Notes under the pieces: generated by a model
Databases searched by the model: none
Told to the model about the DNA's origin: nothing
The model's input: only the letters and a program-made list of their open reading frames with translations
Position numbers and translations under genes: made by a program
NCBI GenBank assembly: GCA_001552015.1
Contig: CP010514.1
Coordinates: 450,001-482,000, forward strand
DNA: 32,000 bases
Direction of reading: 5' to 3'
Origin: Candidatus Nanopusillus acidilobi
GTDB taxonomy: Archaea; Nanobdellota; Nanobdellia; Nanobdellales; Nanobdellaceae
Shown here: positions 17,006 to 27,058 of the stretch, piece by piece
How positions within the stretch are numbered: the stretch's first letter is position 1
Layout of the letters: every line of letters begins with the position of its first letter

Positions 17006-19288
17006 TTATAATTTTCTTATTTTGTCCAATAAAAGCTTTTTCTCCATCCTTGTTACTGTTTCTCTTACCAATTCTATTGCATCAACATTTACTGATATAG
17101 AATCTATACCGAGTTTTACCAATAGTTCTGCATAATCTGGTCTAGAACCAGCTTGTCCACATAATGATGTATATACTCCATATTTTCTACATATTTTTAT
17201 TACCCTTGATATTAATTTAACAACAGCAGGATGTCCCTCATCCATTAATTTTTGTACCATTTCATTATTCCTATCTACTCCTAATGTTAATTGAGTTAAA
17301 TCATTTGTTCCAAATGATATAAAATCTATACCAGCATTCTTAATTATATCTTCAATTGTTAATGCAGCAGCAGGTGTTTCTACCATTATTCCAAACTTTA
17401 TATCTTTTCCAGGTATTAATCCTTCACTTTTAATTATTTCTTTTGCTCTATATACCTCTTCCCATGATATTACAAATGGTAACATTACCCATAAATTATT
17501 TAATCCTTTTTCTTTTACTAATATTTTAAAAGCCTTTACTTGAGCTCTAAATAATTGTTCCTGATCTAAATCTCTCCTAATACCATGCCATCCCATCATT
17601 GGATTTGCCTCCTTTGGTTCTTTTTCTCCTCCCTCTAAATTCCTATATTCATCAGTCCTCATATCTAATGTCCTAACTATTACTGGTTTTGGATACATAA
17701 TTCTTAATATTTCTTCTAATCTCTCTACTAACATATTTGTAAATTCATCTAACTTATTATTATCTAAATACCATCTTGGATGCTTTCTATTTCTTAATAC
17801 CAAGAATTCCATCCTTAACAATCCTATACCATCTACCAAATCTTTTACTTTACTTACAGTTTCCGGATAATCAGCAATTGCCATAATTTTTGTAGCTGTA
17901 ATTTCTAATGGAGTAGATTTTACTATTTTCTTTGCAATTTCCTTTTTAGTTAATTCTCCCAATTTTACTTCTCCTTCATATACAACACCATGTGTTCCAT
18001 CTACAGTTATAACCATTCCATCTTTTAATATTTTGGTTGCATCTTTTGTTCCAACAACCGCAGGTTTACCCAATTCTCTTGAAACAATTGCAGCATGCGA
18101 TAAATGTCCACCTTCATCTGTAACTATTGCAGAAGCCTTTGCCATTAATGGTTCATAATCTGGATTTGTCATTACAGTGACTAATACATCCCCTTCTTCA
18201 AATTTATCAAATTCTTCTGGAGATAATATTATTTTTACTTTTCCAGTACCAACACCAGGAGATGCAGCAATACCTCTTAATAATACTTTTTCACCTTTTA
18301 CTTCTAATTCTTCCTTCTTTGTTTTCTTAATTGTTGTTATATTTCTTGTTTGTACAATATATACGCCACTATCATCAATTGCAAATTCTATATCCTGTGG
18401 ATTTCCATAATGTTGTTCTAATATTTTTCCATAATTTGCCAATTTTTTCACTTCATCATCAGATAATACTCTTGCATTCTTTAATTCATTTGGAACCTCT
18501 ACTTCTTTTGTAAATGAATCTGGATCATATACTGTCATAACTTTCTTTTCATTTATTTTTACTTCTAATATATTTAATGTATTCTTATCTACAATATATT
18601 CATCTGGTATTACTTCTCCAGAAACAATTGCTTCTCCTAAGCCCCAGGAAGATTCAATTACTATTTTTGATAAATCATTTTTAATTGGATCTGCAGTAAA
18701 CATAACACCAGATTTTTTTGAGAATATCTGTTTTTGTATTACAACACATAAAGCTACTTTAGTTTGCTCAAATCCCATAGTTTCTCTATAATTAATTGCT
18801 CTTGCTGTCCATAAAGATGCCCAGCATTTTTTAACAGCATCCAATAATTTATCTTCGCCTTTTACATTTAGATATGTAGCCTGTTGACCTGCAAAAGAAG
18901 CATTTGGCAAATCTTCTGCAGTCGCTGATGATCTTACAGCAACAAATATTGGTTCATTTCCAAACATGCTTGATAATTTTCTATAATTTTCTAATATTTC
19001 ATTCTTTAAATCATCTGGAATATTTCCTTTTATAAATAATTCTTGTATTTGGCTGGCTGCTTTTCTCAATTGTGTTGGATTATTTACATCAATTGATTTT
19101 AATATTTCTTCCATTTTATTTTTTATTCCATTGTACTCAACAAATTTCCAATAACCTTCTGCAGTTATAGCAAATCCCGGAGGAACTGGAATACCTATTT
19201 TTGTCATTTCTCCCAAATTTGCAGCTTTTCCACCAACAATATTTACATCATTTTTAGATAGTTCATTAAACCACTTTATATATACCAT
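17006..19288 (-). CDS. ppsA: phosphoenolpyruvate synthase
   Basis: VGGKAANLGEMTKIGIPVPPGFAIT; catalytic His DEGGHLSHAAIVSRELGKPAVVGT; C-terminal FGTNDLTQLTLGVDRNN and YTSLCGQAGSRPDYAELLVKLG; 760 aa. Confidence 0.97.
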   Translation of the reverse strand: MVYIKWFNELSKNDVNIVGGKAANLGEMTKIGIPVPPGFAITAEGYWKFVEYNGIKNKMEEILKSIDVNNPTQLRKAASQIQELFIKGNIPDDLKNEILENYRKLSSMFGNEPIFVAVRSSATAEDLPNASFAGQQATYLNVKGEDKLLDAVKKCWASLWTARAINYRETMGFEQTKVALCVVIQKQIFSKKSGVMFTADPIKNDLSKIVIESSWGLGEAIVSGEVIPDEYIVDKNTLNILEVKINEKKVMTVYDPDSFTKEVEVPNELKNARVLSDDEVKKLANYGKILEQHYGNPQDIEFAIDDSGVYIVQTRNITTIKKTKKEELEVKGEKVLLRGIAASPGVGTGKVKIILSPEEFDKFEEGDVLVTVMTNPDYEPLMAKASAIVTDEGGHLSHAAIVSRELGKPAVVGTKDATKILKDGMVITVDGTHGVVYEGEVKLGELTKKEIAKKIVKSTPLEITATKIMAIADYPETVSKVKDLVDGIGLLRMEFLVLRNRKHPRWYLDNNKLDEFTNMLVERLEEILRIMYPKPVIVRTLDMRTDEYRNLEGGEKEPKEANPMMGWHGIRRDLDQEQLFRAQVKAFKILVKEKGLNNLWVMLPFVISWEEVYRAKEIIKSEGLIPGKDIKFGIMVETPAAALTIEDIIKNAGIDFISFGTNDLTQLTLGVDRNNEMVQKLMDEGHPAVVKLISRVIKICRKYGVYTSLCGQAGSRPDYAELLVKLGIDSISVNVDAIELVRETVTRMEKKLLLDKIRKL

Positions 19289-19346
19289 AAAAAATTAGAG
19301 AAATGTTGATCTTTATAAAAATTAAAGGACCACTAAAAAATAAAGA

Positions 19347-20951
19347 CTACGAAACTACTTCAATTTCTTCACTTTGAGCTTCTAAATTATTATTATATTT
19401 TGATTCTGATTCATTATGTCTTATTTTTCCATATTCCTTTGCAAGATATATTATTTCTGCATATTTCTCTGCAAGCTCTTCTGGATCAACTTCCTTTTCT
19501 AGCATTTCTATTGCTTTCTTATTTACATATTCATCATACTTTCCATTCTTAATTTCTTCAATAATTCTCTTAGTTAGATTAACGAGATCCTCATATGTTC
19601 TAAATGCTGTTTGATCATTTAGATATCCCTCTTCTTTTAATTCTTTTAATCCATCAACATCTCTATATATTGCTAAGAGTTTTCCAAATATAATAGCCTC
19701 TAAAGTAGAGAGACCATATGATTCTAAATATGTTGGATTAATATATATTGTTGAGTTTAATTCTCCGAGCGCTTTTAATAATCCTATATAATATAAAGGA
19801 TATTCATGCAAAGAATTACCCAAAGCCTTGCTATATATATCAACTTCCCCTCTTCCATATTTATTTACAATTTCTTCTAATTTTTTATATTCTTCAGTAT
19901 CTTCTCCAAAATCTGGAGAAATAATTATTAATCTTACATCTTCACCTTCTTTAACTAAATCTTCAAACAGCCTTATTATATCATCAATTCCTTTCTCTTT
20001 TGATCTTCTCCCTACATAAAGCAAATTTATATTATTGCCTTTGTTATACAGATTCAAATAATATTTTTTATATTCTTCTATCTCATTTCTATAATACTTA
20101 TCTAATGTTATCATGTACATAGGCTCATGTAAAGCTATTCTTTTCTTAATATTTGATCCACTAACATTTTTTATGAATCTACTATTAGAATCACTAACAA
20201 TATATGTAGGAAACATACTAATTACATTTTCTGATTCAGTAAGCTTAGTAAATGTATATATATACTTCTTTACTTCATCTAACCACCAAGAATATTTTTC
20301 TCTAAATTCTATGGCTTCTTCAGTATTAGAATTCGATAAATATTCTATTATATCTATTAATTCTTTTTGATCTCTATCATCCATATAGCTTCTAATTAAT
20401 TTTCTATTAAGTAATGAATATATTTTATTCTTGGTTCTTTCACTTATATTTTTTAATCTACCAGAATTCATAAATTCCACAAGATTATATAAGAAATTAC
20501 CAGGATAATCAGTATGAAACATTATCATATAAGCTCCATTATTAGATAATATTTTATCTAAATCTTCTTTCTTTTCAAAACTATCATTATAAATACCAAA
20601 ACCAACACTAGTAATAAATTTAAAATCTGAACTAGATAACTCATTTAATATATCGTCCAATCCAATTCTTTCAGATATACCATCATAATTTTTATTAGCA
20701 AGCCCTATAATTCTCTTTATATCTTTATTTTTATATATTCCATATAATTCATTAAAATCAACTTTAAAATATTCTACTTTACCATAAGGATTATATACCA
20801 TTACGTAAAAATCTATTTCAACATCCCCTAATTTATTTTTAAATAATTCAAGTAATTCATATAATCTTAAAAAAGATAATGAAGCACCAATAGAAAAAAT
20901 TTTAACACCCGAATCCCACCTATGATCTAATAATACTGCTAATTTTTTCAT
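19347..20951 (-). CDS. glycosyltransferase family 4-like protein
   Basis: NLLYVGRRSKEKGIDDIIRLFEDL ... INPTYLESYGLSTLEAIIFGKLLAIYRDVDGLKEL: GT4-type C-terminal domain. Confidence 0.78.
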   Translation of the reverse strand: MKKLAVLLDHRWDSGVKIFSIGASLSFLRLYELLELFKNKLGDVEIDFYVMVYNPYGKVEYFKVDFNELYGIYKNKDIKRIIGLANKNYDGISERIGLDDILNELSSSDFKFITSVGFGIYNDSFEKKEDLDKILSNNGAYMIMFHTDYPGNFLYNLVEFMNSGRLKNISERTKNKIYSLLNRKLIRSYMDDRDQKELIDIIEYLSNSNTEEAIEFREKYSWWLDEVKKYIYTFTKLTESENVISMFPTYIVSDSNSRFIKNVSGSNIKKRIALHEPMYMITLDKYYRNEIEEYKKYYLNLYNKGNNINLLYVGRRSKEKGIDDIIRLFEDLVKEGEDVRLIIISPDFGEDTEEYKKLEEIVNKYGRGEVDIYSKALGNSLHEYPLYYIGLLKALGELNSTIYINPTYLESYGLSTLEAIIFGKLLAIYRDVDGLKELKEEGYLNDQTAFRTYEDLVNLTKRIIEEIKNGKYDEYVNKKAIEMLEKEVDPEELAEKYAEIIYLAKEYGKIRHNESESKYNNNLEAQSEEIEVVS

Positions 20952-20966
20952 TTTTCAGTTTTTTAA

Positions 20967-21992
20967 CTATGGTGATATTTGAGTTGGTTGCTGACCTGGT
21001 TGTTGATTTTGAGGTATTATTACAAATGGTTGAGGTGGAGGTACCAATCGATTACCTTGTTGTGCTTGTTGTCCTAATGGATTACCTTGTCCTCCTGCTC
21101 CTAGAGGTGCTAATGGAAGATTTTGTCCTTGAGGCTGTCGAGGTTGATTACCTTGTCCTGCTGGTTGCTGGGCTGCTTGTTGAGGAGGTTGTTGCAATGC
21201 TTGACCTATGTAACTGCCAATTTTTTTGTACATTTCATTAAATGTATTATTGTATAATCCTATTTGACCCAATTTATTCAATATTAATGCTACTGCTTCT
21301 GGAATTTGTACTTTTGAATACATTGAATATATTGATCCTTCCATAGTAGATAAGAATGTTTCATTCAATGTAGACATTAATCTAGTTGAAGATTCTAATA
21401 ATGATATATTTGGAGTCTTAGATATTATATATGATCCTATTAGATTTGTTACCCCACTATATGCACCATACAATGTTGAAGCATATTTATCTAGATTTGC
21501 CATAATTTCTGACTTTGTTACATTCTTTCCTATTGAATTATAATATTGAGATAATGATTCTGGTAATAATTCTGCAATTATATTTGCAATATTTTGTGCA
21601 TTCTCTCTTTCTTGTCTAGTAGCATATTCTCTTTTACCAGTAATTGGATCTGGATATCCTAATTTTTTAAGGCCTCTTATATACAATGTTGATAGTAAAG
21701 ATATATTAGAAAATGTACTGTTTCCAAATATATTTTGTTTATATATATTTCCCATATCCTTATATAATTGTGAAGGATCAATACCATCTTTAGTAGAATT
21801 AATATTAAATCCTTCAATTGTATATTTTAATGATTTATTTACTTTTGGGTCTAATTGCATCTCTATTTGTTTTGCAGTAGCTTGTAAAGTATCACTAAGA
21901 GAACTTATTACTGCATTGTATACGTCCTTACGTAAATTGTCATCTGTACTTAATTGATTAAATGCACTTTTAACAACATCGTCTAACGCCAT
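20967..21992 (-). CDS. hypothetical protein with Gln/Pro-rich low-complexity C-terminal tail
   Basis: 341-aa ORF; body without obvious TM; tail QQPPQQAAQQPAGQGNQPRQPQGQN...QNQQPGQQPTQISP. Confidence 0.65.
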   Translation of the reverse strand: MALDDVVKSAFNQLSTDDNLRKDVYNAVISSLSDTLQATAKQIEMQLDPKVNKSLKYTIEGFNINSTKDGIDPSQLYKDMGNIYKQNIFGNSTFSNISLLSTLYIRGLKKLGYPDPITGKREYATRQERENAQNIANIIAELLPESLSQYYNSIGKNVTKSEIMANLDKYASTLYGAYSGVTNLIGSYIISKTPNISLLESSTRLMSTLNETFLSTMEGSIYSMYSKVQIPEAVALILNKLGQIGLYNNTFNEMYKKIGSYIGQALQQPPQQAAQQPAGQGNQPRQPQGQNLPLAPLGAGGQGNPLGQQAQQGNRLVPPPQPFVIIPQNQQPGQQPTQISP

Positions 21993-22074
21993 AGTATATA
22001 TATGTACATAAAGTTTTATAAACCTTTCACTATTTATATTAACTTACATATAATATTAAAAAAATTTATAAAGA

Positions 22075-22467
22075 TTACTTCTTTAACAATGTATCAAGTG
22101 CCTTTACTATTTCATCCATAATTTGCTTCCCTTCACCAGGTTCTATTATAGCAGCAGCAGATGCTTGTGTATTTATACCACAAGCCTGTCCCAATTTTTG
22201 TTTTGAAGAAACATATACATAAATTACTCCCTTTTCTTCACATAATGCTGGTATATGCATTACTATTTCTGGAGGATCTACATCTAATGCAATTGCTACC
22301 AATTTTGCCTGTCCTCTATCTATTGCCTTTGTGGTTTCATTTACTCCCTTTCTAACTTTTCCACTTTGTTTTGCTTTTTCAAATAATTCATATACCTTTG
22401 CTTCATAATTTTGTATAAATGTATTCAATACATCTTCAGGCCATTTTACATATGGAGCTGTCATCAT
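22075..22467 (-). CDS. rpl7ae: ribosomal protein L7Ae (K-turn binding protein)
   Basis: [62 protein letters not shown]. Confidence 0.97.
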   Translation of the reverse strand: MMTAPYVKWPEDVLNTFIQNYEAKVYELFEKAKQSGKVRKGVNETTKAIDRGQAKLVAIALDVDPPEIVMHIPALCEEKGVIYVYVSSKQKLGQACGINTQASAAAIIEPGEGKQIMDEIVKALDTLLKK

Positions 22468-22517
22468 GATATCATCATTTGGATAAAAAATATCTTAAAA
22501 AAATATTTTATAAATCT

Positions 22518-22745
22518 TTAAAAATCACTCTGGTCCGAATCTTCAGATTCTCCAGTTGCAGCGGGTTCAGCAACTACATAAGTAGGACCAACTTTAACAA
22601 CTTTTACATTACCTTTCCAACCAACACTTACATTCTTTACAAAAGCTGCAACCCCCTTTATCCTAGCAAATCCATCTCCCCTTTGTGTCAAACTCTTTAT
22701 CTCTACCTCATATACATCTCCAACTTTTATTCCCCTAACAGCCAT
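22518..22745 (-). CDS. small TRAM-domain protein
   Basis: IKVGDVYEVEIKSLTQRGDGFARIKGVAAFVKNVSVGWKGNVKVVKV. Confidence 0.85.
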   Translation of the reverse strand: MAVRGIKVGDVYEVEIKSLTQRGDGFARIKGVAAFVKNVSVGWKGNVKVVKVGPTYVVAEPAATGESEDSDQSDF

Positions 22746-22776
22746 TAATTAATATTAAAATAACTTATATATAAGT

Positions 22777-24681
22777 TTATTCTTTTTGTATATTTCTTCC
22801 TTTTTCAATTATCATATTTGTCTCATTATATATACTTTCAAGTACTTTCCTATAATCCTCTTTATTTTCAGAAATTCTATCCATAGTGTCTTCTAAATCT
22901 CTTGTTCTTTTCTCAGAAACAAAATTTCCAAAATTTTTTTCTAAAAAGTTATATACATCTATTCCTAATTTTGTTGGTATTAGATTATTGCTTTTATTTA
23001 TTACATAACCCCTCCCCATTACTTTCTTTACTATTATAGCATATGTTGATGGCCTTCCTATATCCTTTTCCTTCATTAAATTAATAATATCTGCTTGAGA
23101 ATATAATCTAACCTTTGGTACTTTTTTACCTACAGCTTCAATAATTTTTATTCCATTTTGTATTGGTTGTATTTTCATAATATTAATTCTAAATGGGAAT
23201 ATTAAATCCCATCCGTGATCTATTACATCCTTTACACCACTTAATTCAATTTCTTTATTTATTTCTGGTATTTTTATCTTTTCTGTATATTTAATTACAG
23301 AAACAGGTTTCATTTGCGATTGAATAAATCTAGTAAATATTAAATCATAAATTATATAATGATATTTTGTCATATTAATATATATATCAATTTCTCCATT
23401 TTCTATTGAATTTCTTAACATATCTACATCCAAAGGTCTTGTAGGTCTAATTGCTTCATGTGCTCCACCCTCTCCCCAAGACCTTGCTATAAAATAATTT
23501 TCCCCAAATTTTTGACTTATATAATCCTTTGCAATTGATATACCCAAAGGAGATATTCTTGTAGAATCTGTTCTATGATAAGTTATTAATGCAGATTCAA
23601 ATAGTTCTTGTAATATTTGCATTATTCTATCCACACCAATTTTTAATATATTATTTGCATCCTGTAAAATTGTACTAGTAATATATGGAGGTAAAGGTTG
23701 CATTTCTTCTTTTTCCTCTTTATAATCAACTATATTTATTTCTTTATCCTTTATATTCTTTATAATTTTGTTTATTTCTCTTCTATTTTTTACTTCAGTA
23801 TCAATATATAATTTTCTATCATTTTCCAATTTTAATTCTAAAATATATGATTTAGATTTATTTCTTTCATCAAATCTATTGATTATCCAACCAAGAACAG
23901 GAGTCTGTACTCTTCCAGCAGATAACCAATTTTTATTAAAATATTTTTGAACAATTTGAGATAAGCTAAATCCCAACCATCTATCTTCAATTCTTCTAAC
24001 AACCTGGGATTTTACTAAATTTAAATCTATATCTCTTAAATTTTCTAAAGCATTTAATATTGCTGTTTTTGTAACTTCATGAAATTCTGCTCTTTTAATA
24101 TTCCTATTAAATGGATATAATACTAAATATAAAGAATATGCAATCATTTCACCCTCTGTATCTGGATCTGTTCCAATTATAATTTGATCAACCTCCATGG
24201 CTAATTCTTGTAAAGCTTTTATCCTATTTATTGAATCATCAATATTAGTAGAACCACAATATGGGCATTTTCCATCTTTATATTCAGTAAATTGGTTTCC
24301 ACAGGATAAACATTTTTTAATTGTATTATAATATGGATAGAATACACCATCCTTTCTTTCTATACCAAATAAACCAATATTATCTGTTGTTAATTCTAAA
24401 ATATGACCCTTTGATGCTGTAATTAATAAATACATATTTCCTAAAGAAACTTCATAAACCTTTAATCCACCAATATTTCTTATTGATGGCCTTCCAAAAA
24501 ATGAAGAAATTGTTTTTACTTTATTTGGTGATTCTACAATAAATAAAACAACCTTCATTAATTCTTTTTGTTCCTTATATATTTTTCCAGCTTTTATATC
24601 CTTAATTAATTGTCTTTCCTTTTCTATTTCATTTTTTAACTCTTTTATATTTAGTTCTGAAAATTCTTTAAAAATATACAT
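22777..24681 (-). CDS. reverse gyrase topoisomerase (type IA) subunit encoded without a helicase domain
   Basis: VLFIVESPNKVKTISSFFGRPSIRNIGGLKVYEVS, Zn finger CLSCGNQF...CPYCGS, GTDPDTEGEMIAY, VRRIEDRWLGFSLSQ, LSAGRVQTPVLGWII, active Tyr region ALITYHRTDSTRIS; ORF ends at 24681 with no helicase region upstream. Confidence 0.88.
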   Translation of the reverse strand: MYIFKEFSELNIKELKNEIEKERQLIKDIKAGKIYKEQKELMKVVLFIVESPNKVKTISSFFGRPSIRNIGGLKVYEVSLGNMYLLITASKGHILELTTDNIGLFGIERKDGVFYPYYNTIKKCLSCGNQFTEYKDGKCPYCGSTNIDDSINRIKALQELAMEVDQIIIGTDPDTEGEMIAYSLYLVLYPFNRNIKRAEFHEVTKTAILNALENLRDIDLNLVKSQVVRRIEDRWLGFSLSQIVQKYFNKNWLSAGRVQTPVLGWIINRFDERNKSKSYILELKLENDRKLYIDTEVKNRREINKIIKNIKDKEINIVDYKEEKEEMQPLPPYITSTILQDANNILKIGVDRIMQILQELFESALITYHRTDSTRISPLGISIAKDYISQKFGENYFIARSWGEGGAHEAIRPTRPLDVDMLRNSIENGEIDIYINMTKYHYIIYDLIFTRFIQSQMKPVSVIKYTEKIKIPEINKEIELSGVKDVIDHGWDLIFPFRINIMKIQPIQNGIKIIEAVGKKVPKVRLYSQADIINLMKEKDIGRPSTYAIIVKKVMGRGYVINKSNNLIPTKLGIDVYNFLEKNFGNFVSEKRTRDLEDTMDRISENKEDYRKVLESIYNETNMIIEKGRNIQKE

Positions 24682-24980
24682 TATAATTGGGCCAGAGATA
24701 CAGAAATAACTTCAGAACTACTTACTCCTTCTATACTATTTATTTGATTTAATAATTCTTCCTCTTTAAATTCCTGATCTGGATATAAAAATTTAACATT
24801 TAAAGAATTTAATCCAAATGCTATTGGCTGTATTTCATGAGATAAATATTGGCCCCCAAAATTTTTTATTATATCCTTTACTTTTTCATTTATTTTTTCT
24901 AAATCTACATCAACATCACTTGGAGATATTTTTAATGTTATAACTACATATCTTACCATTTTATGGTCCAGTATAACCAC
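24681..24980 (-). CDS. archaeal elongation factor 1-beta (true start may be the internal Met at 24959)
   Basis: MVRYVVITLKISPSDVDVDLEKINEKVKDII...QPIAFGLNSLNVKFLYPD...SIEGVSSSEVISVS. Confidence 0.9.
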   Translation of the reverse strand: MVILDHKMVRYVVITLKISPSDVDVDLEKINEKVKDIIKNFGGQYLSHEIQPIAFGLNSLNVKFLYPDQEFKEEELLNQINSIEGVSSSEVISVSLAQL

Positions 24981-25146
24981 AAACTGGGCATTTCCATTCC
25001 AAACCCCATTTCTTTTCTTTATTGCTCCTTATTATTATTCCCTGACCACAATTTGGACATGTAAATTTTACTACTGTATCGCTTACTATTAAGTTTTTCA
25101 ATACATTTGTTTTTTCTAATTCAGTTATATCCATAATAAAATTCAT
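24961..25146 (-). CDS. small Zn-ribbon protein, COG2888-type predicted RNA-binding protein
   Basis: VKFTCPNCGQGIIIRSNKEKKWGLEWKCPVCGYTGP, immediately upstream of aEF-1beta, a common archaeal pairing. Confidence 0.85.
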   Translation of the reverse strand: MNFIMDITELEKTNVLKNLIVSDTVVKFTCPNCGQGIIIRSNKEKKWGLEWKCPVCGYTGP

Positions 25147-25159
25147 AAGTAAATCATTT

Positions 25160-26116
25160 TTAAATTTTTTCTAATATAATTAAAAGTAACCTTTTATTAT
25201 AATTATATAAATAGAATGAATTAACATATCTTAGAGAATACTTTTTAATATAATTTATTATATTATCTAGGATTTTTTTATAATCATAACTATATAATAA
25301 AAGATATAATTTTCCATTATCTTTTAATAATTTGTTTGAATGATAGAAAATATATTTATCTTTTATATTTAATTCTGGATTTTTCTTTATTCTAAAGGTA
25401 AATATTTTATCAATTGATTCTTCTTTAAATTTTAAATCAATCCATTCTATATCTAATCTTCTAAAAAATATTATATCATTTACCAAAGCATTTTCAGAAT
25501 TTCTTTCTATTAATAATAATTTATTTTTATCTTTATTAACACAATATATCTTAATATTAACTTTTTTCTTTATATTTATGTATTTTTCAAAATAATCCAT
25601 ATATTTAGAAATTTCCTTTCTCCTCCAAAATATTGGTAATATATTCTTTATATATATAGCTTGTTCTATAGAAAAAGAACCATCATCCATTATATTCAAT
25701 ATTTCTTCATTTTCCCTTATATCTGAATAATATATAATTTTATTTACCAATGTTGATTTTAATTTTTCAATTTTTTTCAATTGATAACCCCTTTCATATA
25801 GATTTTTTAATAAAAAGTATTTATATTCATCTTTTTCCATATATAATATATTATCTATTGTTCTAGAATTAAATAATAATTTTAATCTTTCTTCAAAATC
25901 CAAATTTGAATAGATTAAAATTTTATTTTTCTTTTCAATCATATTATAATCAATATTTCTATTTAATATTTTTTCTATTTCTTCAATTGTAATATTTTCC
26001 AAACCTTTTTCAGTTATAAGCAAAGTATTATAATTATTATCCATAGAATATAATATAAATGGAAAATTACATAATTCCATCATTAAGTCAAATATTGGCA
26101 TTCCTAATATTATCAT
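25160..26116 (-). CDS. hypothetical protein (318 aa; start may be 26044)
   Basis: Long ORF; several internal Met candidates (MPIFD, MMELC, MDNNYN); no family recognised. Confidence 0.55.
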   Translation of the reverse strand: MIILGMPIFDLMMELCNFPFILYSMDNNYNTLLITEKGLENITIEEIEKILNRNIDYNMIEKKNKILIYSNLDFEERLKLLFNSRTIDNILYMEKDEYKYFLLKNLYERGYQLKKIEKLKSTLVNKIIYYSDIRENEEILNIMDDGSFSIEQAIYIKNILPIFWRRKEISKYMDYFEKYINIKKKVNIKIYCVNKDKNKLLLIERNSENALVNDIIFFRRLDIEWIDLKFKEESIDKIFTFRIKKNPELNIKDKYIFYHSNKLLKDNGKLYLLLYSYDYKKILDNIINYIKKYSLRYVNSFYLYNYNKRLLLIILEKI

Positions 26117-26418
26117 TTGCTTTAATAATATCTACATATACAAGAAGATATATAGAAGACGATATTGAGAAATATTATAAAAAAATACAGATTATTTCAT
26201 TGATATTGTTAATTTCTCTTATTTATTTCAATTATTATATAATAATATTTGTTTTTATTTATCTATTAATTTATAGAAAAAATTATAGGAGTTTTATTAT
26301 TGCACTACAGACTTCTATAATAATATTTTTATCATTATTAAATATTATAAATAGTTATTATGAGTTTTCAATACTTTTACTCTTCATAATATTTTCTTCA
26401 TTTTCATATAAAAAATAA
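26059..26418 (+). CDS. small polytopic membrane protein (about 4 TM)
   Basis: MENYIIPSLSQILAFLILSFALIISTYTRR...IIFVFIYLLIYRKNYRSFIIALQTSIIIFLSLL. Confidence 0.45.
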   Translation: MENYIIPSLSQILAFLILSFALIISTYTRRYIEDDIEKYYKKIQIISLILLISLIYFNYYIIIFVFIYLLIYRKNYRSFIIALQTSIIIFLSLLNIINSYYEFSILLLFIIFSSFSYKK

Positions 26419-26451
26419 AATCTTTTATAAAACAAAAAATAAAAAAATATT

Positions 26452-27057
26452 ATGGAATTAAAAGATTCTATAAGAAATAGAAGAAGTATTAGAAAATATT
26501 TAGATGATGACATTTCATATGAAGATATATTAGAAATATTATCTCTAGGAATATTAGCACCAATAGCTGGAAATGTATCACATTATTATTTTATTATTGT
26601 AAAAGATCCTGAAAAAATAGAAAAAATTTCCGAATTTGCAGGTCAAGATTTTATAAAAGATGCGAATACATTAATAGTTATTGTATCTGATGATAATAAA
26701 TTGAAAGCATTATATGGAGAAAAGGGAAAAATATTTGCAATACAGGATACTGCTGCAATAACAGAAAATATATTATTAGCTGCTACTGATAAAAATATCG
26801 GAACCTGCTGGATAGGATCTTTTGATGAAGAAAGTATAAAAAATCTATTAGAAATACCAAAAGATAAAAATATACATATTATAATTTCAATGGGATATCC
26901 AAATGAAAAACCAAAAGAGTCTATTAGACCAAATTTATATGATATAACATTCTTTGAAAAGTGGGGAAACAAATTATATAAGCCTCAGTTTTATCCTTTG
27001 TTCAAAAATATAAAAAGTATAACAGATTACTTTAAGAAGGTATTTGAAAAAATATAA
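26452..27057 (+). CDS. nitroreductase family protein
   Basis: SIRNRRSIRKYLDDDISYEDILEILSLGILAPIAGNVSHYYFIIV ... AITENILLAATDKNIGTCWIGSFDEE ... ISMGYPNEKP. Confidence 0.9.
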   Translation: MELKDSIRNRRSIRKYLDDDISYEDILEILSLGILAPIAGNVSHYYFIIVKDPEKIEKISEFAGQDFIKDANTLIVIVSDDNKLKALYGEKGKIFAIQDTAAITENILLAATDKNIGTCWIGSFDEESIKNLLEIPKDKNIHIIISMGYPNEKPKESIRPNLYDITFFEKWGNKLYKPQFYPLFKNIKSITDYFKKVFEKI

Positions 27058-27058
27058 T

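Noticed and set aside
17006-19288. Plus-strand small ORFs 18177..18410 and 18331..18513
   Set aside because: They are fully antisense to PEP synthase with no start/promoter evidence or known motif.
20969-21241. Plus-strand 90-aa Val/Leu/Glu-rich ORF
   Set aside because: It is antisense to the Gln/Pro-rich tail; composition is an artefact of the opposite coding strand.
22479-22748. Plus-strand 89-aa ORF
   Set aside because: It is antisense to the well-supported TRAM-domain gene 22518..22745.
22777-24681. Calling the topoisomerase a plain bacterial-type TopA
   Set aside because: The Zn finger within the Toprim region and the reverse-gyrase-specific motifs fit the reverse gyrase topo half better.
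26643-26972. Minus-strand 109-aa ORF
   Set aside because: It is antisense to the nitroreductase gene, which has clear family motifs.
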